Shown here piece after piece: positions 18,135 through 28,560 of a stretch of DNA of 64,000 bases (positions are counted from its first letter, which is position 1; each line of letters opens with the position of its first letter). Position numbers and translations under genes: made by a program. The DNA is taken from NCBI GenBank assembly GCA_046483985.1, contig JAWOCD010000031.1, positions 44,571 to 108,570 of the forward strand. Direction: 5' to 3'. The notes below the pieces were generated by a model that was given only the letters and a program-made list of their open reading frames with translations, searched no databases and had not been told where the DNA came from. The DNA is from Promethearchaeia archaeon. Its GTDB lineage: Archaea > Asgardarchaeota > Lokiarchaeia > Sigyniarchaeales > SOKP01.

Positions 18135-20200
18135 AGTTTAAAGAATTTAAAGTAAACCAGTACATTACCCTTCGTTTAGAGGGGCATAAAACGATTATTT
18201 ATGTAAACGGAGAGGTCTATAATCAATGTAAATATGTGTTACTGGAGAATCCGCATAGATATGAAGGGCAAGATGAGATAAAGAGCATTGACGATGCCAT
18301 TGAACGCCTTTCAAAAAAATTAGAAGGAACTAAAAATAAGGCAAAATTTACGATCAGTCCAGAACAAGAATTTTGGGCCCATTGTTCCAACATGCAAGCA
18401 TGGGTAGAGCACGACTATGATACCAGAATTCTTCATCGGAATCTAGCATTTCCCCTACTAAAAAAACTTACGGAGGAAGGAGATAAAAAAGCAAAAAAAG
18501 TATTTAAAGACGAAATAGGGAGAAGATTTACGAACGGTAATAGCACGGTTATGAATTTTTTAATCCGAGAAGGCTATTTGGATTATCTTAACGATGACGA
18601 AATTAACGCATTGTTTAATGACCCAAACCTGCAAGAAATAGAAATACTGGATTTATCCTATACGACATTTGATTTAGATCCGGATTTTTTACTTTCCCTC
18701 AAGAACATAAAAGAATTAATATTAATGGGAAATAATTTGACCACGCTTCCCAAAGAGATTGGGGAGCTGAAAACGTTAAGAAAATTGGACCTATCTAATA
18801 ATGAGTTAAAAGAACTGCCCAAAAGAGTATGCGAGTTAGAATTACTCGAAACATTAAAGATCAATAATAATCTCTTAGAAGTATTGCCGATCTCACTTGG
18901 AGATCTCACAAACCTAAAAAAATTAGAAATAGAACGAAATTTAGTAGAAAAAATTCCTGATTCTATTGGCAATTTAATAAACTTAGAAATTTTTAATGCT
19001 AAAGATAACCGAATTAGCCTTATTCCCGGTGCGCTCGGAAAATTAGTAAATCTTCAAGAACTTTATTTGGCCCGTAATCAACTCCAACTTATCCCCGATG
19101 TAATTGAAAACTTAGACAAATTGAGAATTGTTGATTTAGATGATAATCAATTAAAAAAATTACCCAGAGGATTTGAAAGGTTAAAACAGCTTGAAGAAAT
19201 CCATTTGGATGATAACCATTTAACAAATATCTCCGGGTCTATTAAGAACTTAGAAAAATTACGAATTCTCAATTTAAATGATAATCAATTGTACGCCTTT
19301 GATTCGTTTGGGCAGTTAAATAGTCTCAAGGTTCTAAATCTCAGCGGAAATTATTTAGTTACCCTACCAGAAGCATTCGGTAATTTAACCGTCTTGGAAA
19401 TATTAAACATTAATGAGAATAAATTAAAAAAACTTCCCTCTTCGCTTGGAAACTTGCGTAATCTTAAAAAATTGAATTTAACCCATAATCAAATTCAATC
19501 CTTACCACGGAGTATTGGAAATCTTATTAAATTAGAATCGTTAAATTTTTTACGAAATAACATTATTTTCCTTCCTGAAACTATTGGTCTCTTGCAAAAT
19601 TTGAAAGTTCTTGCTTTAGAGAATAATAAAATTCGAAAACTTCCAAAAACCTTTACCAAATTAACCGAAGTGAAAAATTTAAATCTCAGCTATAACAAAA
19701 TCAACACATTACCGGAGGATATTGGAAATCTCAGTTCTTTAGAAGTGCTCTATCTCAATCGGAACCAAATAAAAGAATTACCAGAGTCTTTCGGCAGGCT
19801 AACGTCATTAAAGAGGGTTAATATCAGCGATAATAATCTAATCACGGTCCCAGAATCTTTTAAACATTTGAATCTGGAGAGTATAAACTTAAATCGAAAT
19901 AATTTAATGAACTTTCCAGAAGTACTTTGTCAAATTCAATCTTTGAAAAAACTTCATATGGGAACAAATAACATTCATATCGTTCCCTCTTGTGTGGGGA
20001 ATTTAAAAAACTTGGAAAGGTTAGATTTAGGAGATAATCAAATCGAATATTTACCGGAATCATTCAAGAGACTCGATCAATTAGTCCACCTCTTTTTGGG
20101 ATGGAATAAATTCACCCAAAGGCCTCAAGTTCTTAAGAACTTAAGAAAATTAAAATTCGCATATTTTAATGAAAACCCATTTGAAAATGAAACCTCATAA
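18128..20200 (+). CDS. Leucine-rich repeat protein with a Lokiarchaeia-type N-terminal domain (probable start TTG 18128)
   Basis: About 20 LxxLxLxxNxLxxLP repeats; N-domain 'EFKVNQYITLRLE...EQEFWAHCSNMQAWVEHDYDTRILHRNLAFPLLKKL'. Confidence 0.9.
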   Translation: MPEFKEFKVNQYITLRLEGHKTIIYVNGEVYNQCKYVLLENPHRYEGQDEIKSIDDAIERLSKKLEGTKNKAKFTISPEQEFWAHCSNMQAWVEHDYDTRILHRNLAFPLLKKLTEEGDKKAKKVFKDEIGRRFTNGNSTVMNFLIREGYLDYLNDDEINALFNDPNLQEIEILDLSYTTFDLDPDFLLSLKNIKELILMGNNLTTLPKEIGELKTLRKLDLSNNELKELPKRVCELELLETLKINNNLLEVLPISLGDLTNLKKLEIERNLVEKIPDSIGNLINLEIFNAKDNRISLIPGALGKLVNLQELYLARNQLQLIPDVIENLDKLRIVDLDDNQLKKLPRGFERLKQLEEIHLDDNHLTNISGSIKNLEKLRILNLNDNQLYAFDSFGQLNSLKVLNLSGNYLVTLPEAFGNLTVLEILNINENKLKKLPSSLGNLRNLKKLNLTHNQIQSLPRSIGNLIKLESLNFLRNNIIFLPETIGLLQNLKVLALENNKIRKLPKTFTKLTEVKNLNLSYNKINTLPEDIGNLSSLEVLYLNRNQIKELPESFGRLTSLKRVNISDNNLITVPESFKHLNLESINLNRNNLMNFPEVLCQIQSLKKLHMGTNNIHIVPSCVGNLKNLERLDLGDNQIEYLPESFKRLDQLVHLFLGWNKFTQRPQVLKNLRKLKFAYFNENPFENETS

Positions 20201-20334
20201 ATCCAAAAATTCAAAATTTAGAAATCTATTATTTATGTAGAAGTTAATCTTCCATTTTTATAGAAATTAAGAAGACTATAGAAAAAATATAACATATTAT
20301 TGCAAAAGCATTAAGGATGAGATAAGGATTTCCG

Positions 20335-21849
20335 ATGAGCAGCTCCGATAAATTTCAGAAAAGTTCAAAATTGTTTACAGAAGGGAAATATAATGAAGCA
20401 ATTTCATTATTAAATGAAGTTTTAGAGGAGGAACCGGAAAATATTATCTTTTGGAATTATTTAGGGAAAGTATATTTAAAAATAGAACATTTCGACGATG
20501 CAATTGACGCATATCGGACTGCGCTCAACATTAATCCAAAAAGTTACTCGGCTTGGCAAAATTTAGGGTCTGTGTTTTATGAAAAAGGAGACTATAAACA
20601 TGCGGTGGTCGCCTTGAAAAAAAGTTTATCCTTAGAAGAGAAAAACAGTCTAACTCTGAGTACATTGGCAAAGACCTACAAAAAATTAGGAAGTCTGAAA
20701 AAAGCTAAGCAAATCTATATCCGCATATTGAAATCATGGCCCAAACATGCGGTTGCATGGAGCAATTTGGGAGTTATTTATTTTCACGAAAACATGTACG
20801 ATAAAGTCATTAGTGCTTTTAAGAAAGCGGTTAAAATTGTTCCCAATAATTCTTTTTATTGGAATAACCTCGGATCTGCATATCTGAAACGAGGGGTTTT
20901 AGATAAAGGCATTTATGCTTGTAAACGCGCTTTAGATATCGACCCAGAATATGAAGCAGCATGGCATAATCTTTGCAAAGCATATAATAGCCGTGGCTTA
21001 GATTTTGAATATAAGGGGAAAAAGCCAAATGATGAACAGACTTGGTTTTCCTTATCTCGCACGTTATACAAAGCCAACTATTATCAAGATGCATTGGACG
21101 CAATAAAGCGGGCATTAAAGGAAAACAAGAAAAAAAGATTCCTTAAATTAGAGAAAAAGATTAAAAAAGCGCTCAAGGAAAAGAAGATTGACAAAAAATC
21201 CAAAAAAATTCCCAATAAAATCAAACATTCTTTTAAATTCTTTAAAAAACCGGAAAATAAAAAAGCGGTAGAAGAATTAAAAAAATCATCCAATATTAAA
21301 GATCTTGATCATACACCTTCTGATGTCCAAGAAGAACCTAACCAAGGTGAAGGAAAATATAAGATAAGTACATTAATATCTTCATTATCAGAAGAAGGGG
21401 ATGAAAAAGAAGATACGGTATTTATCAGTGAAAAAGAGTATGATTTAGTGGATGCGTTATTTATCGTTGATGGAGCAAATATTGCATATGGGGATACCAG
21501 AGGGGAAAATTTGGCAAAGTTTTCTAATATAGAAAAATTGGTAAAACGGCTCGAAGAACTGGGTGTTAACTATAAGATATTTACCGATAGGTCTCTCTAT
21601 TACAAGATAGATGACCAAGACAAATTTGATAAGTTTGTCAAAGAGGGGAAAATTCTGGAAATGCCCGGGGGAACGGAGGCAGATTATTTTATCTTACAAT
21701 ATGCCCAAGAAAATAATGCATTTATCATTTCAAATGATATGTTTAAAGAGTTTTATCAGATATTCGGAAGAGACTGGATTTTAGACCATAGAGTATCATT
21801 TAAAGTAATAGATGACCGAGTTTTCTTCGATAAGTTGCTTAAAAGATAA
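20335..21849 (+). CDS. TPR-repeat protein with a C-terminal Zc3h12a/Regnase-like NYN (PIN) ribonuclease domain
   Basis: ~7 TPRs (AWxNLG); C-terminal 'IVDGANIAY...GGTEADYFILQYA...IISNDMFKEF'. Confidence 0.82.
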   Translation: MSSSDKFQKSSKLFTEGKYNEAISLLNEVLEEEPENIIFWNYLGKVYLKIEHFDDAIDAYRTALNINPKSYSAWQNLGSVFYEKGDYKHAVVALKKSLSLEEKNSLTLSTLAKTYKKLGSLKKAKQIYIRILKSWPKHAVAWSNLGVIYFHENMYDKVISAFKKAVKIVPNNSFYWNNLGSAYLKRGVLDKGIYACKRALDIDPEYEAAWHNLCKAYNSRGLDFEYKGKKPNDEQTWFSLSRTLYKANYYQDALDAIKRALKENKKKRFLKLEKKIKKALKEKKIDKKSKKIPNKIKHSFKFFKKPENKKAVEELKKSSNIKDLDHTPSDVQEEPNQGEGKYKISTLISSLSEEGDEKEDTVFISEKEYDLVDALFIVDGANIAYGDTRGENLAKFSNIEKLVKRLEELGVNYKIFTDRSLYYKIDDQDKFDKFVKEGKILEMPGGTEADYFILQYAQENNAFIISNDMFKEFYQIFGRDWILDHRVSFKVIDDRVFFDKLLKR

Positions 21850-22017
21850 AACACTTCATTTTTTAAATTAATATGCCTCGTTTATATCAATCTTCTTGAA
21901 CTCTATTGATAAAATAAATTGTGAGGTAACGACCATTTTTTTTAAAAACTCTTTTTATTTTCTTTTTATTATCTTTATTATAATATACATATAAATAACA
22001 ATTCAGATAGGATTAAA

Positions 22018-23760
22018 ATGGTTTATGAAAAAAAACCTTGGCTAAAATATTATGATGATTGGGTTCCCGAGACCTTAGAGTATCCTGAAATTACTATGTA
22101 TGAAGGGGTTGCTCAATCATGCCGAGAACATAAAGATAGGACAGCGTTAGAATTCTTTGGGTATGAGATGAATTATGGAACTTTGCTAAAAAAGATAGAT
22201 AAGTTTGCGCGAATATTATATGACTTAGGTTTACGGGAAGGGGAAAGAATTACAATTGCTCTGCCTACTTGCCCGCAAGGTATTATTGCTTTTTATGCAG
22301 CAAATAAACTTGGCGCGATTGCGTCCATGATCCACCCACTCTCGCCTCCCAACGAAGTTGAGTTTTATCTTAATCTCAGCGACTCAAAAATGGCTCTGAC
22401 TTTGGATATGTTCTATGAAAATTTTGAGGAGATTCTCGATAAAACTTCAGTAGAAAAAGTCATCTTGGGAAAAATCCAAGATTATTTGGGGTTTATCAAA
22501 AAAGCTCTGTTTTGGCTCGTAAAGGGAAGAAAGGTGAAGGTTCCCGACGATCCGAAAATTCATTGGTGGAGTGACCTTGTCGATAAAGAATATACAGAAT
22601 TTCCGGAATCGTCGATGGGATTTGAAGATTTAGCAGTAATACTTTATTCAGGAGGGACCACCGGTTTGCCGAAAGGGATAAAACTGTCCAATAAAAATTT
22701 TATTTGCGAAGGGTACCAAGTAACTAAATGGGGGAATCTAAATCAAAATGACTCTATGCTTATCATTTTGCCGATATTTCATGGATTTGGATTAGGAGTA
22801 TGTGTAAATGCCGGATTAATGGCAGGTGGAAAGGGGATTTTAATTCCTACTTTTACCCCCGAGAAAGTGGTTAAATTAATCCAGAAGAAACAACCCACCT
22901 TTATGGTTGGTGTCCCAACCTTATTTGAAGCGATGAATAAAGACCCGAATTTCCAGAATGATACTGATCTCAGTTGCTTGCGGGGTGCGTTTTGTGGTGC
23001 GGATACTTTACCGCGCATTGTAAAAGAGAATTTCGAAGAGATTGCAAGAAAAAGCGGAAATGAAGATTTAATTTTGCGAGAAGGGTATGGATTAACGGAA
23101 ACGGTCACGGCTGTTGCTGCTATGCCCATGAATGAATACAGAGAAGGGAGTATAGGAATTCCATTTCCAGATATGCTAATGAAAGTGGTAAAAATGGATG
23201 AAAACGAGGAATCAACAATGGAAGAGGCTCCAATAGGTGAGGAGGGTGAATTCTGTGTTTCGGGACCTGACGTCATGATGGGGTATTTGGATAATCCAGA
23301 AGAAACAGAAAATGTTCTCAAAAAGCACAAGGACGGACGAGTTTGGGTTCACACGGGAGATGTTGGCACAATGGACGAAGATGGGTTCTTTTATTTCAAA
23401 TTAAGGAAGAAACGGATGATAAAATCTTCAGGATTTAATGTGTATCCCGTACAAGTGGAGAACATATTGAACGACCATCCCGATGTGGTCAATTCTTGTG
23501 TAATTGGAGTTCCGGATAAAGATCAAGTGGAACGGGTGAAAGCCTATGTGGTCTTAGAAGATCATGAAAAAGCGTCTAAAGAAAAAGAGAAAGAACTTAT
23601 CAATTACTGCAGAGAAAAGTTGTTGAAGTGGAAATGTCCGCGAGATGTTGCATTTACCGAGGAGTTACCGAAAACGCTTGTCGGCAAGGTCGCATACAAG
23701 GTCTTGGAAGACAAGGAGAAAGAACGACTCCGCGCCGAAGGAAAATATGCAGGAGATTAA
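22018..23760 (+). CDS. fadD: Long-chain fatty acid--CoA ligase
   Basis: 'YSGGTTGLPKG', 'EGYGLTE', 'HTGDVG', 'PKTLVGK'. Confidence 0.88.
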   Translation: MVYEKKPWLKYYDDWVPETLEYPEITMYEGVAQSCREHKDRTALEFFGYEMNYGTLLKKIDKFARILYDLGLREGERITIALPTCPQGIIAFYAANKLGAIASMIHPLSPPNEVEFYLNLSDSKMALTLDMFYENFEEILDKTSVEKVILGKIQDYLGFIKKALFWLVKGRKVKVPDDPKIHWWSDLVDKEYTEFPESSMGFEDLAVILYSGGTTGLPKGIKLSNKNFICEGYQVTKWGNLNQNDSMLIILPIFHGFGLGVCVNAGLMAGGKGILIPTFTPEKVVKLIQKKQPTFMVGVPTLFEAMNKDPNFQNDTDLSCLRGAFCGADTLPRIVKENFEEIARKSGNEDLILREGYGLTETVTAVAAMPMNEYREGSIGIPFPDMLMKVVKMDENEESTMEEAPIGEEGEFCVSGPDVMMGYLDNPEETENVLKKHKDGRVWVHTGDVGTMDEDGFFYFKLRKKRMIKSSGFNVYPVQVENILNDHPDVVNSCVIGVPDKDQVERVKAYVVLEDHEKASKEKEKELINYCREKLLKWKCPRDVAFTEELPKTLVGKVAYKVLEDKEKERLRAEGKYAGD

Positions 23761-23902
23761 TTCCATTTTCGCGGTAAATATTTCCTCCCTATTTTATTAC
23801 TTTTTTACCAAATTAGAATTAAAAAATTCTAACATTTTTATATAATCTAACCCCTAATTGAATTATAATTCAAATTAAATATATAGAAGAAGAAAATTAG
23901 AA

Positions 23903-24919
23903 ATGTTTGACGAGTCCAATTGTGCGGAGTGTGAAAATATCGACTGCTTGATGAGATGTCAATGGATAGAGTTCGAGAATCTTGAGGAAGCTCGAGCGGA
24001 AATGAGAAAACTAATCAACGGAGAAAAATCCCAGGTATTAGAAGAGTGCGTCACGTGTTTTGCGTGCGATGAATATTGTCCCTATAATTCTCATCCATTT
24101 GATTTATTTGTCAACCTGCAAGAAAAATATGAGGCTCATGAAATTAACCCTGCCGTTATCGAAAACATGATTAAAAGATATCAGCCCCATGAAGAACTCA
24201 GAATAAAGGATATTGACCCCGAGAAACCAGTCCTCAATAAATGTGCCTTTGTAAAATCACATGGCAAACATATGAAAGGACAATTATTTGAAGATCTCCA
24301 ATATGTAGCGGGGAGAGATTTTTTCTGCAATTTAATGTATCACCATTTTGAACGAGATTCGGTAATTCGAGAACGGATACCAAAGATTATCGAAAATATT
24401 GAAAAACAAAATATAAAAGAGATGATATGCTTCCATGATGAATGTTATGGGTTATATGCCTCATATTGTCCGCGAAATGACATTGAGGTTCCATTTGACC
24501 CGATTCATGTATTTGAGTATATTTATAATTATCTACAAGATAATCCTGGTAAAATTACGAGTCTTAATAAGAAAATCGCATATCAGAGAAATTGTTCAAA
24601 TCGGTTCATCCCGGAAACAGATAAGTGGGTGGACAAAATATGTGAACTTATCGGAATAGAGCGGGTTGATAGGAAATACGATCGGGAAAATGCTTTATGT
24701 TGCGGTGCGCCGTTCGCTATGTTAGGGAAACGGAAAATGGTAAGACCCACTCAGAAAAAAAATATCAAGGATATGAAAGAGCACAATGCCGAATATGCAA
24801 TCTTTAATTGTCCGATGTGTTTAGATACTCTGGGATCCAAAGCGAAACGAAAAGACCTAAAACCATATCTCTTGAGCGATTTAGTACGGATGGCCATGGG
24901 AGAGGAATTAGATTACTAA
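23903..24919 (+). CDS. Fe-S / CCG-domain oxidoreductase (HdrD/GlpC-like)
   Basis: 'CVTCFACDEYCP', 'ALCCG', 'NCPMC'. Confidence 0.8.
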   Translation: MFDESNCAECENIDCLMRCQWIEFENLEEARAEMRKLINGEKSQVLEECVTCFACDEYCPYNSHPFDLFVNLQEKYEAHEINPAVIENMIKRYQPHEELRIKDIDPEKPVLNKCAFVKSHGKHMKGQLFEDLQYVAGRDFFCNLMYHHFERDSVIRERIPKIIENIEKQNIKEMICFHDECYGLYASYCPRNDIEVPFDPIHVFEYIYNYLQDNPGKITSLNKKIAYQRNCSNRFIPETDKWVDKICELIGIERVDRKYDRENALCCGAPFAMLGKRKMVRPTQKKNIKDMKEHNAEYAIFNCPMCLDTLGSKAKRKDLKPYLLSDLVRMAMGEELDY

Positions 24920-25050
24920 ATGAGGAGATAAAAGATAGGCTTTTTCTTTTTTTAATTCTTATATTCATTCATTAATATATTCAATCAATTTAAAGATAGA
25001 TTAGGATGTTACCATTAAATGTGCCAGAGGTAATGAGAAGATTTCTAAGG

Positions 25051-26223
25051 TTATTTCTTTCGCTTAATTTCTAAAGTGTCAAGTATTTCAATCAAATCTA
25101 AAACCTCAAATCCCGCCTCATATTTATCATTGGCATCACTAAGATTAGTTCTACAAAAAGGACAAGTCGAAGATAGGATCTCAGCACTTGTTTCTTGAGC
25201 TTCTGTAAGACGATCTTTGGAGATTTCCAGAGCCCAATCGGGGTATCCGATTTTCACACCTCCCCCCGCCCCGCAGCACCATGAATTTTCGCGATTTCTT
25301 CTCATTTCGACGAATTCAATACCGGGTATCTGTTTGTAGACCTCTCGGGGTGCCTCATAGACACCCGCATGCCGACCAAGATGGCAAGGATCATGATATG
25401 TTAATCTTTTTTCAAATCTCCCACCAATTTCTATTACACCTTTATCAAGTAAGTCTTTGATTAATCCTGCGGTATGAAACACTTCAAAATCATAACGTAA
25501 CCCCAATTTCTTACAATCTTCTTTAATTGTACGATAGCAGCCCGCACAGCTTGTGACCACATTGGAAGCTCCCGCATTCTGAATCTGCTTGATATTATAA
25601 TTCAAAAATTCCTTAGACGGTTCTACTTGGCCAGTTCTAATTAAAGGACTTGTACAACAATGCTCATCAATAAGCGTAAAATCAGTTCCCGCCTTTTTCA
25701 GAAAACGAATGGTATCATCTCGCAATTTTTGTTGTCGATAATTGCTGGTACATCCGATAAAATAGACCCATTCGGCCTCATCTGGTATATCGTGCTCCTT
25801 TTTTAACTCTTCATTATCCGCGTTCTTCTCTCCATACGGATTAAACATCTCAGGATTAGTAGTTCTTTCTAACAATTGCTTCTGCTTTTCTGGACAATAG
25901 CCATTTTGGACAGCTTCCACTCTGGCAAGTTCGATAAAATCCACCAATAAGTGATTAAATTTATCAAATCGGCAATTTTCCATGCAATTTCCGCATGTTG
26001 AGCATGCATATAACACATTTGCAATACTTTCCTCCCATTCCAGTTTACCTCTGCATAGGGCATAAATAAGCCACATCCTTCCTCCGGTACTGTAGGTCTC
26101 AAATTGAAATTTCTGGTAACTCGGACAATTGATATCCGAGTAATTTGAGGTAAACTTACAATAACCGCAACGGAAACAGCGATGTACGATCTCTTTCCAA
26201 TTTTCGAATTCTTCTTGAGTCAA
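25051..26223 (-). CDS. HdrD/GlcF-like Fe-S oxidoreductase (2x CCG)
   Basis: 'CFRCGYC', 'CSTCGNCMENC', 'YHDPCHLGR', 'WCCGAGGG', 'TCPFC'. Confidence 0.88.
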   Translation of the reverse strand: MTQEEFENWKEIVHRCFRCGYCKFTSNYSDINCPSYQKFQFETYSTGGRMWLIYALCRGKLEWEESIANVLYACSTCGNCMENCRFDKFNHLLVDFIELARVEAVQNGYCPEKQKQLLERTTNPEMFNPYGEKNADNEELKKEHDIPDEAEWVYFIGCTSNYRQQKLRDDTIRFLKKAGTDFTLIDEHCCTSPLIRTGQVEPSKEFLNYNIKQIQNAGASNVVTSCAGCYRTIKEDCKKLGLRYDFEVFHTAGLIKDLLDKGVIEIGGRFEKRLTYHDPCHLGRHAGVYEAPREVYKQIPGIEFVEMRRNRENSWCCGAGGGVKIGYPDWALEISKDRLTEAQETSAEILSSTCPFCRTNLSDANDKYEAGFEVLDLIEILDTLEIKRKK

Positions 26224-26224
26224 A

Positions 26225-27595
26225 TTACTTCACCTCCCAATTTCCAGGATTCATAATCCCGTTTGGATCAATGGCCTTACGAATAATATGAAAAAGCTTT
26301 TTGTAGCCATCATCCATATATTTCATTACTTCTTTTTGACCAGCCAGCTCCGTTTTCCATGGAATACCTCCTAAATTTAAGACCATTTTATTTGTCTCAT
26401 GCAAGGCAGATCGTGCATTCTCCATATCATTCGGATCCGCGCGATTAAAAGAATAAGTAGCGGCAAACATTACATTGTGCGCTTTTCCAATGATTCTGCA
26501 TACTAAGGTGGGAACGATGTTATGATCATTGGAGATTTTACTTGCCTTGCTGATGGCATCTGGAATTTTATCTATAGGCACAAAAGAGCCCACATATTCA
26601 AATCCCCCTCCTTTTCGGAAATCAGCAGCTCTTGCGGCAAACTGGGGTTTTTCCAAAAAGATGTCTCTTAATTTATCGGGGGCCTTCATATATCGCGCTC
26701 CGTTCTTTCTATAAATTCGTTTTAATTTTTTAATTTTCCTTTCAATAACCTGTTCTTTATCTCCCGTAACATAGGTCATAAAGAAACAATATCCTTTCAT
26801 CCATTTGGGTTTATCTTGCTTTCCGATTAAAATATCCTCTGCTAACTCGGTGTAGGTTATTTTATTTATCAATTCTGGGATATTAGATTCATCTTTCATT
26901 AATGCGAATGCAATTTCTCTTATTTTAGGCTTCGGAAAAAGGCGAATAGCTAATTTAGTAACAATTCCCATGGTGCCAAATGAACTAATAAATAACCCAA
27001 TCATATCGGGGATAGGGCCTCTAGTAAACCAAGAATCCGAGATGGCACAAGATCCTAGTTTACATACCTGTCCATTGGGGAGTAATACTTCTATTCCATT
27101 GATCATTTCCCCATGATTGCCGTATTTATGAGAAAGATAGCCGGAACCGTGAATAAGCGCATTGCCCGCCACGGTAACTGACGGAGGGGCATCCGGTATA
27201 GGTGGTTGTAAATTAGGATAATTTTCATTCAAAAAATTAAGTAACTGACCGGAAGAAACACCAGGCTCAATAAGGGCATAGCGACTTGATTTATTAATTT
27301 CAATGATTTTGTTCATTCGTTTTAAATCTAAAACAACGCCGCCTTTAATCGGAATAGTAAGTCCACTTAATGTTAAACCTGCACCCATAGGTATAACAGG
27401 TATGGTTTCTTGGTTGGCTAAATTAAGAATTTGTTGAATTTCCTCGGTATCTTGCGGCATGACAACTATATCCACATCACGGGGTTTTGAGGCACCTGGA
27501 TCTCTTGAATAAATAAATAATTCTTCTTTTCTATTAGAGACAAACTTTTTTCCTACGATGGATTCTAATTTTTCATAGATCTCATTTTTATCCAA
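26225..27595 (-). CDS. FAD-binding oxidoreductase (GlcD/D-lactate dehydrogenase family)
   Basis: 'PMGAGLTLSG', 'FGTMGIVTK', 'IDPNGIMNPG'; translationally coupled to the Fe-S partner. Confidence 0.85.
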   Translation of the reverse strand: MDKNEIYEKLESIVGKKFVSNRKEELFIYSRDPGASKPRDVDIVVMPQDTEEIQQILNLANQETIPVIPMGAGLTLSGLTIPIKGGVVLDLKRMNKIIEINKSSRYALIEPGVSSGQLLNFLNENYPNLQPPIPDAPPSVTVAGNALIHGSGYLSHKYGNHGEMINGIEVLLPNGQVCKLGSCAISDSWFTRGPIPDMIGLFISSFGTMGIVTKLAIRLFPKPKIREIAFALMKDESNIPELINKITYTELAEDILIGKQDKPKWMKGYCFFMTYVTGDKEQVIERKIKKLKRIYRKNGARYMKAPDKLRDIFLEKPQFAARAADFRKGGGFEYVGSFVPIDKIPDAISKASKISNDHNIVPTLVCRIIGKAHNVMFAATYSFNRADPNDMENARSALHETNKMVLNLGGIPWKTELAGQKEVMKYMDDGYKKLFHIIRKAIDPNGIMNPGNWEVK

Positions 27596-27756
27596 TCTTC
27601 AATTCACCTTATTTGATCAAATAATAATAGTTTCCTCAAAATAAATACCTAGTTCTTTTGACTAAATTAGATTTTGAAGAATTAAAGAGTCAAAAAATTT
27701 AGCAAAGTTAGAGAAGAGAAACTTAAGAGTTTTATACAAAAAAAGAATGAAAAAAA

Positions 27757-28557
27757 TTAACTTACTTCCAATTTACTAAAAGATCGAGCTCCGAGGGAGA
27801 TTAGAAATGCACCAAATACAACTTGAACCAGTAAGCTCAACCATACGGGGAAATATGAGACGCCAAAGATTACTGCTCGGAATAAGTCTACACCATATGT
27901 AAATGGATTACCCATCATAATTATTTGCATAAATTGAGGTACAGTGTTAAATGGAAATAGCGCTCCACTTAACCAGAACATAGGCATAACGATAAATGTC
28001 TGAATAAGTCCGAATCCTTGAAAGCTCTCTAAGTGGGAAGCGACAGTCAGGCCTATTCCCACAATTCCTATGCTCACCAAGATTATAACGGGAATAAGTA
28101 GAAGAGTTCTCCATATAAGATCAATTCGGTAACTAAAAAAACCTAAAATGGATGCAATAATAACGATTAAAAGGCTTTGGATCAAGGTTTGAAGGGCTAT
28201 TCCAAGGGTTTTCCCAGTCATAAGTGTTCTTCGCTTAACTGGTGCAACTAACAATTCTTTCATAAATCCAAACATTTTATCCCGAATTATTCCAAGCCCA
28301 CCAAAAATTCCTGTAAACAAAATTGTAATAGCGGCTATTCCAGAGGCTGTAAAAGCGTGTGACGCGATAGTTTTTCCTTCAATGACAATATCCAATGAGG
28401 AGAATCCCGCGCTAAAGACTACCAAGAAAAAAAAGGCTTGAGCAAAGGAAGAGATAACTCGAGACTTTTCCCTCCAGAATTTTAATAATTCTCGTTTGGC
28501 TAAAACCCAAATGGCCGGCCAATTAAATTCCTCTAAAAATTTTATTTCTTTATCCAT
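27757..28557 (-). CDS. ABC-2 type exporter permease
   Basis: 'IIRDKMFGFMKELLVAPV', 'LSGALFP', 'NPFTYGVDLFR'. Confidence 0.9.
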   Translation of the reverse strand: MDKEIKFLEEFNWPAIWVLAKRELLKFWREKSRVISSFAQAFFFLVVFSAGFSSLDIVIEGKTIASHAFTASGIAAITILFTGIFGGLGIIRDKMFGFMKELLVAPVKRRTLMTGKTLGIALQTLIQSLLIVIIASILGFFSYRIDLIWRTLLLIPVIILVSIGIVGIGLTVASHLESFQGFGLIQTFIVMPMFWLSGALFPFNTVPQFMQIIMMGNPFTYGVDLFRAVIFGVSYFPVWLSLLVQVVFGAFLISLGARSFSKLEVS

Positions 28558-28560
28558 CTT

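Noticed and set aside
22779-23330. Antisense/shadow ORFs (this one, 63665..63973, 56743..57105 and the many 60-110 aa ORFs inside longer genes)
   Set aside because: They lie opposite or within well-supported genes, have Ser/Phe-rich antisense composition and no motifs.
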